From: Leptonemataceae bacterium
GTDB taxonomy: Bacteria; Spirochaetota; Leptospiria; Leptospirales; Leptonemataceae
Direction of reading: 5' to 3'
Assembly (NCBI GenBank): GCA_965227295.1
Contig: OZ245742.1
Span: forward strand, 5,472,001-5,536,000
DNA length: 64,000 nucleotides
In this document: positions 40,978 through 50,186 of the stretch, one piece after another
How the letters are laid out: each line of letters opens with the position of its first letter
Numbering within the stretch: the first letter of the stretch is position 1
Program-made: the position numbers and the translations under genes
Notes under the pieces: generated by a model
Seen by the model: the letters and a program-made list of their open reading frames with translations, nothing else
Told to the model about the DNA's origin: nothing
Databases searched by the model: none

Positions 40978-43671
40978 ATGAGCGATCCCGAACTTTCGAA
41001 AGAAGATCTCGAAATCATCCAGACCGAGCGTGACGAATGGCTCGACTCCCTGGATTATGTCATTAAGAACGGCGGGCCCGAGCGGGTAAAACGCCTGCTG
41101 CGCTTGCTACAGAATCGCGCTGCCGAGTTCGGCATCCATCTTCCGTACGCCGCCAACACACCGTACATAAACACCATCGCCCGCGGCGAACAACCGCGCT
41201 TCCCGGGCAACCATGAACTGGAATGGCGCATCCGTTCGCTCATTCGCTGGAACGCCATGGCCATGGTCGTGCGCGCGAACCGCGAGAGCGACGGCATCGG
41301 CGGGCACATCTCCACTTACGGTTCGGCGGCAACACTTTACGAAGTCGCATACAATCACTTCTTTCACGGCAAAGACCACGAAGACGGCGGCGACCTCATC
41401 TACTTCCAGGGCCACGCGGCGCCGGGCATCTACGCCCGCGCCTTTCTGGAAGGCCGCCTCAGCGAACAGCAGTTACAGAACTTCCGCCGCGAAAACAAAC
41501 CGGGCGGCGGCCTGTCCTCGTATCCGCACCCGTACCTCATGCCGGACTTCTGGCAATTCCCGACGGTGTCCATGGGCCTCGGCCCGATCATGTCCATCTA
41601 CCAGGCGCGCTTCAATCGTTACTTAGAAGATCGCGGCTTAAAAGAAAAAACCGGTCGCGTGTGGGCCTTTTTAGGCGACGGCGAAACGGATGAGCCGGAA
41701 AGCCTGGGCGCCATCACCCTCGCGGCGCGGGAGAAACTCGACAATCTCGTCTTCGTCATCAACTGCAACCTGCAACGTCTCGACGGGCCGGTGCGCGGGA
41801 ACTACAAAATCATTCAAGAACTCGAAGCGATATTTCGCGGCGCCGGCTGGAACGTCATCAAGGTGATCTGGGGGGCGCAGTGGGACCCGCTGCTCGAACA
41901 CGACGACAGCGGCCTGCTCGTCGATCGCATGGACGAGGTCGTGGACGGCGAGTACCAGAAGTACAGCGCCGCGGGAGCGAAGTACATTCGCGAACACTTC
42001 TTCGGCAAACATCCGCAACTGCAAAAGATGGTTGAGAACATGTCCGACTCGGACATCGAAAAGCTGAACCGCGGCGGCCACGACCCCGAGAAAGTCTACG
42101 CCGCCTACCAGGCCGCCATGGAACACGAGGGCGCGCCGACGGTTATCCTCGCGAAGACCATCAAGGGCTACGGCCTGGGTGAAGCCGGCGAGGGTCGCAA
42201 CGTAACTCACCAACAAAAGAAGTTAAATGAGGACGAGTTGCGCGCCTTTCGCCAGCGGTTCGCCATTCCCATCGAAGACGAGCACGTGGGTGAGGCCCCG
42301 CTGTACCGCCCCGACGACGATTCCCGGGAAATGAAGTATCTGCGCGAACAGCGCGAAAAACTGGGCGGCCCCGTTCCCTACCGCGCCGACCGCGCCGAGG
42401 CCCATCCGGAACCGGACCCGGAAATCTTTTCGGAATTCACCGACGGCAGCGACGGCCGCGAGGCCTCCACGACCATGGTGGTCGTAAGATTACTCGGCAA
42501 ACTGTTACGCGATAAAAGCTTCGGGAAGTACGTCGTGCCGATCATCCCGGACGAGGCCCGTACTTTCGGCATGGAGTCGCTCTTTCGCCAGGTGGGCATC
42601 TACTCCCACGTCGGCCAGCGCTACGAACCGGTGGATCGGGACACCCTGCTCTACTACCGCGAGGCCCAGGACGGACAGATCCTCGAAGAAGGCATTACCG
42701 AGGCCGGTTCCATTTCTTCATTTATAGCGGCAGGCACGGCCTACGCCTCCCACGGCGTGAACATGATTCCGTTCTTTCTCTTTTATTCGATGTTCGGCTT
42801 TCAGCGCATCGGCGATCTCATCTGGGCGGCGGGCGACATGGGCTGCCGCGGCTTTCTCATCGGCGGCACGGCCGGACGCACGACCCTGGCCGGCGAAGGG
42901 CTGCAACACCAGGACGGTCACTCACACATCCTGGCGTCGCCCTATCCCCACGTCATCACCTACGATCCGGCCTTCGCCTACGAAATCGCCGTGATTATTC
43001 AGTCGGGCATGAAGCACATGTTCACCGAACAAAAGAACGTCATCTACTACTTAACGGTGGGCAACGAAAACTACGAGATGCCGCCGGTACCGGAGCCGGG
43101 CCTGGAAAAACTGCGTGAGCCGATCCTCAAAGGCATGTATCTCTTCCGCAAGAGCGAGAAGGGTGATGCGAGTGCGCGCGTGCAATTGCTGGGCTCGGGC
43201 TCGTTGATGCAGGAAACCCTGGAAGGCGCAAAGATGCTCGAAGAAAAATACGGCATCGCCGCGGACGTCTGGAGCGTAACTTCGTATAATCGTCTGTTTG
43301 CGGACGCCCTGGAGACGGAGCGCACGAATCATTTGAACGGTACAGACGAAAAGGCCTACGTCGAAACGTGCATCGGCGAGGCCGGGGACGCGGTCGTCGC
43401 GGTCTCGGATTACGTGAAGCTACAGGGTTACTCCCTCGCGCGCTGGTTGAAGGCTCCTTTGACGGCCCTCGGCACCGACGGCTTCGGCCGCAGCGAAAGT
43501 CGCGAAAGCCTGCGGGACTGGTTCGAGGTGGACCGCCGCTACGTTGTTTCCGCCGTGCTGTTCACCCTGGCCCGGGCGGGCAAGTTCGATCAAAGCAAAG
43601 CGAAGGCCGCAGTCCAGGAACTCGGCATCGACGCGAGCAAGAGCAGTCCGATGACGACGCATTGGAGCTGA
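40978..43671 (+). CDS. aceE: Pyruvate dehydrogenase E1, homodimeric AceE type
   Basis: IRWNAMAMV, GGHIS, FPTVSMGLGP, GDGETDEPES, NLQRLDGPVRGN, GEGLQHQDGHS. Confidence 0.97.
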   Translation: MSDPELSKEDLEIIQTERDEWLDSLDYVIKNGGPERVKRLLRLLQNRAAEFGIHLPYAANTPYINTIARGEQPRFPGNHELEWRIRSLIRWNAMAMVVRANRESDGIGGHISTYGSAATLYEVAYNHFFHGKDHEDGGDLIYFQGHAAPGIYARAFLEGRLSEQQLQNFRRENKPGGGLSSYPHPYLMPDFWQFPTVSMGLGPIMSIYQARFNRYLEDRGLKEKTGRVWAFLGDGETDEPESLGAITLAAREKLDNLVFVINCNLQRLDGPVRGNYKIIQELEAIFRGAGWNVIKVIWGAQWDPLLEHDDSGLLVDRMDEVVDGEYQKYSAAGAKYIREHFFGKHPQLQKMVENMSDSDIEKLNRGGHDPEKVYAAYQAAMEHEGAPTVILAKTIKGYGLGEAGEGRNVTHQQKKLNEDELRAFRQRFAIPIEDEHVGEAPLYRPDDDSREMKYLREQREKLGGPVPYRADRAEAHPEPDPEIFSEFTDGSDGREASTTMVVVRLLGKLLRDKSFGKYVVPIIPDEARTFGMESLFRQVGIYSHVGQRYEPVDRDTLLYYREAQDGQILEEGITEAGSISSFIAAGTAYASHGVNMIPFFLFYSMFGFQRIGDLIWAAGDMGCRGFLIGGTAGRTTLAGEGLQHQDGHSHILASPYPHVITYDPAFAYEIAVIIQSGMKHMFTEQKNVIYYLTVGNENYEMPPVPEPGLEKLREPILKGMYLFRKSEKGDASARVQLLGSGSLMQETLEGAKMLEEKYGIAADVWSVTSYNRLFADALETERTNHLNGTDEKAYVETCIGEAGDAVVAVSDYVKLQGYSLARWLKAPLTALGTDGFGRSESRESLRDWFEVDRRYVVSAVLFTLARAGKFDQSKAKAAVQELGIDASKSSPMTTHWS

Positions 43672-43695
43672 AGAAATCTTCCGGATAATAAGTAC

Positions 43696-45051
43696 ATGGC
43701 AGAAGAAGTTAAGGTTCCAGAATTAGGCGAAAACATCGATAAGGCCGAGGTGGCCCAGGTCCTGGTGGCGAAGGGCGACTCCGTCACCGCGGAACAGCCG
43801 CTCATCGAAGTCGAAAGCGACAAGGCCTCCGTGGAAATCCCGGCCCCCTTCGCCGGCACCGTAGCCGACATTCGCGTGAAAACCGGGCAGACGATCAAGA
43901 TCGGCCAGGTCATCCTCACCCTCGATAAAGAAGGCGAAGGCCGGGCGGCGAAATCCGAGGACTCCGACGACAGCGACAGCGCCGCGGAACAAGAGCCCGC
44001 CCAGGCCGGCAAAAAAGAATCGAAGTCCGAAGCGCCGCAGCCCGAGAAGTCCCCGGAAGAACGCGCAAAGGAAGCCGCACAGAAGTACGACGTCTCCGAT
44101 CGCGTCGGCAAGGTATCGAAGCCGGACCTGGGCGATCCCGCCCCGGCGGCGCCGTCGGTGCGGCGTTTCGCCCGGGAACTGGGTGTGGACGTACAACGCC
44201 TGAAAGACCAGGGCAGCGGCCCCGGCGGTAGAATTACTTTTGATGATATTAAGGGATTCGTAAAAAACGTCGTGCAGCGCCGGGACGGCGGCGGAGGCGT
44301 AAGCGGGCCCGCACCGGCCGCGATGGAACTGCCGGACTTCGAACAGTACGGCAACGTGCGCCGCGAGCACATGAGCGGCATTCGTCGTAAGATCGGCGAG
44401 AAGATGTCCATGTCCTGGACGACGATTCCCCACGTCACGCAGTTCGACGAGGCGGACATCACGGCCCTGGAAGAGTTTCGCAAAGCAAAGGCCAAAATCG
44501 CCGAAAAGCGCGGCGCCAAACTTACGGTCACCGCCATCTTACTGAAAGTCCTCGCCGAGGCTCTGAAACGCTTCCCGCAATTCAACGCCAGCCTGGATCT
44601 ACGCAACGACGAGATCATTTACAAAGAGTACATTCACATCGGCGTCGCCGTGGATACGGACCGCGGCCTGCTCGTGCCCGTCCTCCGGGACGTGGATACG
44701 AAGAGCGTCATCGACCTGGCGCTGGAGTTGAACGACGTCGCCGGGCGGGCCCGGGATCGCAAGACGAAGCCCGACGAACTCCAGGGCGGCAACATCTCGC
44801 TCACGAACCTGGGCGGCCTCGGTACGACGCACTTCACGCCCATCATCAACTGGCCCGACGTCGCCGTGCTCGGGGTGGGCCGCGCTAAGATTCAGCCGGT
44901 GTATTCTAAGGAAAGCGGCGAATTCGAGCCGCGGCAGATCATGCCGCTGTCGATTTCGTACGACCACCGCATCATAGACGGCGCCGACGCGGCCAGGTTC
45001 TTGAGGTGGATCTGCGAGGTGCTGGAACAGCCGCTGACGATGTTATTATAA
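43696..45051 (+). CDS. aceF: Dihydrolipoamide acetyltransferase (E2) with one lipoyl domain
   Basis: VESDKASVEIP lipoyl-Lys, AAPSVRRFARELGV E3-binding motif, DHRIIDG. Confidence 0.93.
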   Translation: MAEEVKVPELGENIDKAEVAQVLVAKGDSVTAEQPLIEVESDKASVEIPAPFAGTVADIRVKTGQTIKIGQVILTLDKEGEGRAAKSEDSDDSDSAAEQEPAQAGKKESKSEAPQPEKSPEERAKEAAQKYDVSDRVGKVSKPDLGDPAPAAPSVRRFARELGVDVQRLKDQGSGPGGRITFDDIKGFVKNVVQRRDGGGGVSGPAPAAMELPDFEQYGNVRREHMSGIRRKIGEKMSMSWTTIPHVTQFDEADITALEEFRKAKAKIAEKRGAKLTVTAILLKVLAEALKRFPQFNASLDLRNDEIIYKEYIHIGVAVDTDRGLLVPVLRDVDTKSVIDLALELNDVAGRARDRKTKPDELQGGNISLTNLGGLGTTHFTPIINWPDVAVLGVGRAKIQPVYSKESGEFEPRQIMPLSISYDHRIIDGADAARFLRWICEVLEQPLTMLL

Positions 45052-45057
45052 GAAGTA

Positions 45058-45224
45058 ACTCCGAGGACCGAGGGAACGAGGTGTTTTGGGAGGGTCTTCG
45101 CAGGACAAACGTCGTCGGGCTATGAGCTGCAATTTATTCAATATAGACAAGACGGACATAGCTCAACAATCCTCATTTTACAATCCCTCTCCCATCTTAT
45201 TCTCGGCCCCTCGGTCCTCGGTGT
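45058..45224. repeat. CCGAGG hairpin element, copy 6 (167 bp), inside the PDH operon
   Basis: ACTCCGAGGACCGAGGGAACGAGG ... CTCGGCCCCTCGGTCCTCGGTGT; inner TGAGCT/AGCTCA. Confidence 0.9.
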
Positions 45225-45248
45225 GGAAAAAGGTTTTAGATAGCACTT

Positions 45249-46664
45249 ATGAGTAACAAAACACAGGTAGTAGTCATCGGCGGCGGGCCGGGAGGTTATG
45301 CCGCGGCCTTTCTTGCGGCGGATCTCGGCCTCGACGTCACCCTTGTCGAAAAACGCGAGAATCCCGGCGGGGTGTGTCTCTATGAAGGCTGCATCCCGTC
45401 GAAGGCATACCTTCACATCGCGAAGGTCATCGGCGAGGCGAAACACGTGGCCGACTTCGGCATTTCCTTCGGCGAACCGAAGATCGACGTCGATAAACTG
45501 CGCGCGTTCAAAGAGGACGTCGTAAAAAAACTTACCGGCGGCACCGGCCAGCTCGGCAAACGCCGCGGCGTCAAACATCTGCGCGGCACGGCGAAGTTTC
45601 AGAACGCGCACACGCTGAGCATCAGCACCCACGAGGGCGACGAAGAGAGCCTGGAGTTCGAGCATGCCGTCATCGCCACGGGTTCGTTGCCCACGCGCAT
45701 TCCCGGCATGCCGGACGACGAGCGCATCATGGACAGCACCGGCGCCCTCGCCTTAAAAGACGTTCCGAAGAAGTTACTGGTCGTCGGCGGCGGCTACATC
45801 GGTCTGGAAATGACCACGGTGTATGCAAGCCTGGGCTCCGAGGTTACCGTCGTGGAGATGGCGGACTCCCTCATGGCCGGCACCGACGCCGACCTCGTGA
45901 AACCCCTGGCGTCGCGCCTGGAAGAGATCACCGAAGAAATCCTGCTCAACACGAAAGTCTCATCGGCAAAGATCGACGGCAACGGCGTGCGCGTTAACTT
46001 AGATGGACCGAACATTAAGAATCCCGAGCGTGTCTTCGATCGCGTGCTGGTCAGCGCCGGGCGCAAACCCGTCACCGACGGCCTGGGCCTCGAAAACACG
46101 GCGGTGCGCGTGGGCGAACACGGTTTCATTCACACGGACGAACAGATGCGCACCACCGAGCGGCACATCTTCGCCATCGGCGACGTGGCGGGCCAGCCCA
46201 TGCTCGCGCACAAAGCGTCGCATGAAGGTCGCACCGCCGTCGAGGTGATCGCCGGTCATAAGGCCGCGTTCGAACCGTACGCCATCCCGGCGGTGGTGTT
46301 TACCGATCCGGAGATCGCCTACTGCGGTCTCACTGAAAATCGTGCGAAAGAGATCGGCAAAGAAGTGCAGGTCGCGAAGTTTCCCTGGGCCGCCTCCGGG
46401 CGTGCGCTGACCCTGGGCCGCAGCGACGGCATGACGAAACTCATCATCGATCCGGAGACGGAGCGTGTGCTCGGCGCGGGCATTGTCGGCCCCGGCGCGG
46501 GCGAGTTGATTGCGGAGTGCGTGCTCGCCGTGGAGATGGGTGCGCTCGCGAAGGACATCGCGCTATCGATTCACCCGCACCCGACGTTAAGCGAAACGGT
46601 CATGGAATCGGCGGAGGTGTTCTTCGGTTTGTCGACGCATGTGTATAAGCCGAAGCGGGGGTGA
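45249..46664 (+). CDS. lpdA: Dihydrolipoamide dehydrogenase (E3)
   Basis: IGGGPGGY, GGVCLYEGCIPSK, GGGYIGLE, HPHPTLSE. Confidence 0.97.
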   Translation: MSNKTQVVVIGGGPGGYAAAFLAADLGLDVTLVEKRENPGGVCLYEGCIPSKAYLHIAKVIGEAKHVADFGISFGEPKIDVDKLRAFKEDVVKKLTGGTGQLGKRRGVKHLRGTAKFQNAHTLSISTHEGDEESLEFEHAVIATGSLPTRIPGMPDDERIMDSTGALALKDVPKKLLVVGGGYIGLEMTTVYASLGSEVTVVEMADSLMAGTDADLVKPLASRLEEITEEILLNTKVSSAKIDGNGVRVNLDGPNIKNPERVFDRVLVSAGRKPVTDGLGLENTAVRVGEHGFIHTDEQMRTTERHIFAIGDVAGQPMLAHKASHEGRTAVEVIAGHKAAFEPYAIPAVVFTDPEIAYCGLTENRAKEIGKEVQVAKFPWAASGRALTLGRSDGMTKLIIDPETERVLGAGIVGPGAGELIAECVLAVEMGALAKDIALSIHPHPTLSETVMESAEVFFGLSTHVYKPKRG

Positions 46665-46775
46665 GATTTCACCCAGGGCCTACAACGAAGCCGAACAGCC
46701 GCTATTTTCGAAGACCCCGAAATTTGATTGATTGTCTGAAGCGGATTGTCTGAATGCCTCCCCCGGGCAATCCGC

Positions 46776-48508
46776 ATGAAAGGCTTAGCTTCCCATCGCA
46801 AACTTCTTGTTCTAATCACCTTGCTGGTCGCGTGCTCGCACAGACCTTCCCCGGAGAAGGGATCCGCAGCAGCCATGGCACGCTTGCACCTGGCCAGCCT
46901 GGAATACCGGAACGTAAGTCACATCGAACGAGCCGCTCAGGATCTGCCCCCCGCTGAACTGGATCTTCCGCGGAACCATTGGCCCCTGCTGCTTTTATAC
47001 AGATCCGCTATCACATGCGGGAACTCCGGGACTCCTGGAAAGACGTCGAGCATATTATAGAACCGGAAGACTCGTTGGAGTATCGATTCTGGGAACGGGC
47101 CGAGAGATGGCGCGAAGCGAAAGTTCGTATCAACGGCCAGGGCATCCAGGCTGTTGATACGATTCAGACTAGCGATCTGGTCTTAAGTAGCCTATATCTC
47201 GCAAGCAGAACGAAAGAATCGTTAAGTGAACTTTCCCTGTTAGTATACCGGCAAGTCCAGGATTCAGCGGCCTTCCTCCGCTTCCAGAAAAATCCGGATC
47301 CGGCCGGGGTCCCTGGCCACATCCGCCACTTCCATCAGGAACTATCCCACCTCATCTACAAACAGGAATACCACCTTCGCGATCACCTGCATCTACGAGC
47401 ACAACTCCTGTTCAGCCGGGCGCGTCTCGGTCTTATCGCTCACGATCTCAAATTTACACGCGGCTCGATTCGTACAATACGCGATGCCCGTCATTGCAAC
47501 GATCGCCTGGATAACGATTTCGGCCGGGATTGTTGCCTGGCATTGGAGGCGGAGTTGTGGCATCACCTCGGAAAGATTGTGTATGACACATTCGGACATC
47601 ATCGGCGACAGGACCGGTACCCCTACCGGAGCTATACACGTCGCGCCGCCGATCGCCTCGAAGAAACGCTTGCGAACTATTGTACGCACTTGCGCCGCCG
47701 CCGAAAGCGTCTCCTGCGCGCCGTTGAATTCGATCTTCGCGCCAGCCACTATTTTCAGTGGGAACTACATGAGATCATTGTCGCTTCGGATTCTAACACG
47801 AAAGACGATCTTCAAAAACTCTGGGATGCGCTGAAATATCAATCCGAGGTGTACTACTCAAAGAGGCATCGTAAGTACTTCTGTCAGCGACTATGGTACT
47901 CGATTCGCTGTGTCAACGAACGGAAAAATCGAACATTGGCGAAACAAGTCGAGAGGTTTTTTGAAGCAATCAAACCCGAGACTGCTTTTTCAGACCATAC
48001 ACTTCGGCAGCGCTTTCGGACCCTTCGAAGTGCATTCCGGTACTTCTTGCAGAACGGAGAGCACAAATACATACAACGTCATCAAGACTCACCCTATCCA
48101 CCCCGGCTGAGCCCGGCCTGGCGCCTGCCCGGGAACGCCGAGATTCGCGCCACGCTCCGCGAACGCATGGCGGACAATTTCCGTGCCGTTCACAATAATA
48201 TGAGCGAAATTCAAAACAGTTCACTGACTGCGGATCGATACAAACAAGAACTGAGCTAATCCACGCTCGGAGAATGGATCGTAGAAAACGTAACCTACGA
48301 TAGTGCGTCCAACTGCTTTCGGTGCTCTTGCCGCATCCTCCACTACTATTACTACGGCCAGTTCACACCTTACGAAACAGCCAGCATCATCGACAAAGAT
48401 AAGGGCAAAGACATGACTCGTACGCTCGACACACAAGCCTGGGAAGCCGGCTCCGGAGAGGTCCGCGCAATCCTCGATAACTACTGCACTATACTGCGCG
48501 ATGGGTAG
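46776..48508 (+). pseudogene. Probable pseudogene of a lower-GC lipoprotein (frameshift near 46960-47060, in-frame TAA at 48257)
   Basis: The lipobox ORF (LLVAC) overlaps a second long ORF in another frame; after TAA 48257-48259 that frame stays open for 82 more codons to TAG 48506-48508. Confidence 0.55.
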
Positions 48509-48602
48509 CTCTCTAACCCTCGCTCAATTGGTATATCGCGCCTATAATCCCGGCGCTTCCGGCCTCGGCAAGCAACCGCTTACGCCTCGGTGGTTCGTAT
48601 CT

Positions 48603-49259
48603 TCACCCGCCGAAATTCTGCACCCAGTAATGCCCGTAGCGACTCTCGCCGTGCGCAAAGTACCCCACACCGAGATACTTCGCGTTCTCCCGCAAGATGT
48701 TCGCCTTATGCCCGGGACTGTTCATCCACTGTTGCATCACGCCTTCCGCCGTCGACGAACCCGCGGCGATGTTTTCACTGAAACCATTCGGCGCAAACTT
48801 ACGAATGCGATCAAACGTACCGCAAGATGTACTTAACGAATCGCCGCTGCGATCCTGAGAATCGTGGCTGAAGTAGTCATCGGTTGCCATGTCCGCGGCA
48901 TGAAAGCGTGCCGCGAGTTCAAGGCGCGGATCGCGCTCCACCGGATTCAATCCCAGGCGTTCGCGTTCGGCGTTTACCAGACGCAACACGTCCGCTTCCT
49001 TTTCGGCGCCGTCCGGCGCGGCAATGAACTCCGTACCTGTCGGACAACCGCGATACGGCGGTTCCGTGGGTTGCACGCGTCGTTCGACGACCGGGTTCTG
49101 ATCCTTAAACTCCGGCGGCAGAGCACGCAGCTTCCCCCCGGTCGGAGATTCGAGGCTGACGGCTTCGCCGATGTGCACGGCTGTGCCGGCATCCCCGGGA
49201 GCCTGGCCGCAGGCGATCATGCAGGCCGACACAAGAAAAATCATCGCATATCTGTTCAT
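48603..49259 (-). CDS. CAP/SCP domain lipoprotein
   Basis: Lipobox MIAC; LVNAER, H..DM..YFSH, ENIAAG, WMNSPGHKANIL, YWVQNF. Confidence 0.92.
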   Translation of the reverse strand: MNRYAMIFLVSACMIACGQAPGDAGTAVHIGEAVSLESPTGGKLRALPPEFKDQNPVVERRVQPTEPPYRGCPTGTEFIAAPDGAEKEADVLRLVNAERERLGLNPVERDPRLELAARFHAADMATDDYFSHDSQDRSGDSLSTSCGTFDRIRKFAPNGFSENIAAGSSTAEGVMQQWMNSPGHKANILRENAKYLGVGYFAHGESRYGHYWVQNFGG

Positions 49260-49262
49260 AGC

Positions 49263-49862
49263 TTACTCCGCTCGTTCCAGAGGCACGTTGCGCTCGTAGT
49301 CCCAGTTGTCCGGCAGCGCGTCGGGGGAGTACTCCCCGTCCGTAAAGTAACCGCGCACGAACGTGCCCGTCCACTTGCGGTCGTCCGGCGCCACTAAGGT
49401 ACCCTCGCCATGCATTAAGTTATCTTTCCAGTAGCCGTCGTACTCGAAGCCGTCGGCGAACTTCATGTTCCCGAGACCGTGTCGTTGCCCGTTCACGAAT
49501 TCGCCCTGATAAACACCGCCGTTCGCAAAACGATAGATGCCCGGCCCCGAGATCACGCCGTCGCGCCATTCGCCCTCGTAGACGTCGCCGTTGGCAAAGG
49601 TACACGTACCGTCGCCGTGCAGTTGGCCGTCCTTCCACTCGCCTTCGCAGGTGGTGCCGGTGAGATAGATCATCGCGCCGCGGCCGTTCGGGGCCTGGTT
49701 CGCAAACGCGCCGGCGTAGCGCCCGCCGCCCTTCCAGACGTAAACGCCCTCGCCGTTCTCACAATCGCCTTCGAGGCAGCCGACGGTTTTCTGCGAAGCA
49801 GTGCAGGCCCAGGCAAGCAGTAAGATGAAAACTCCGGCAAAGATACGGAGGAATGATCCCAT
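49263..49862 (-). CDS. MORN-repeat lipoprotein
   Basis: Lipobox AWAC; repeated Y.G.W.dG...G.G units. Confidence 0.88.
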   Translation of the reverse strand: MGSFLRIFAGVFILLLAWACTASQKTVGCLEGDCENGEGVYVWKGGGRYAGAFANQAPNGRGAMIYLTGTTCEGEWKDGQLHGDGTCTFANGDVYEGEWRDGVISGPGIYRFANGGVYQGEFVNGQRHGLGNMKFADGFEYDGYWKDNLMHGEGTLVAPDDRKWTGTFVRGYFTDGEYSPDALPDNWDYERNVPLERAE

Positions 49863-49973
49863 AAACGAAGAATTCGCGAAGCGCCCGGGCGTGCAAGCAG
49901 AGAACGCCGCGTACATGCGAAACCGCCGGCGCCATGAGTGACACCCGCGGTTCGTTGGAATTCCGGCGGCGAG

Positions 49974-50171
49974 TTAGCCGGCCTTCTGTAAGTCTACCGG
50001 CTGGTTTTTATCATTGGCGAACGTGCACCGGCCTTCACCGTGAAGTTGACCGTTCCGCCACTGCCCCTCGCACACGGAGTTCGAAGCGAAGATCATTTTA
50101 CCGGAACCGTTGGGAACGCCGGTTTTCAAACTGCCCTCCTGCGATGTGATTCGCGTACCGGAGAGAAGCAA
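49974..50171 (-). pseudogene. MORN-repeat gene fragment (partial paralogue of the adjacent gene)
   Basis: PNGSGKMIF...CEGQWRNGQLHGEGRCTFAN matches the neighbour's PNGRGAMIY...CEGEWKDGQLHGDGTCTFAN. Confidence 0.65.
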
Positions 50172-50186
50172 CGATGCACGGCAGCG

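Noticed and set aside
46947..46952. C6 tract as the phase-variable site of the island frameshift
   Set aside because: The downstream frame has a TGA at 46955-46957 just after the tract, so slippage there would not join the two ORFs.
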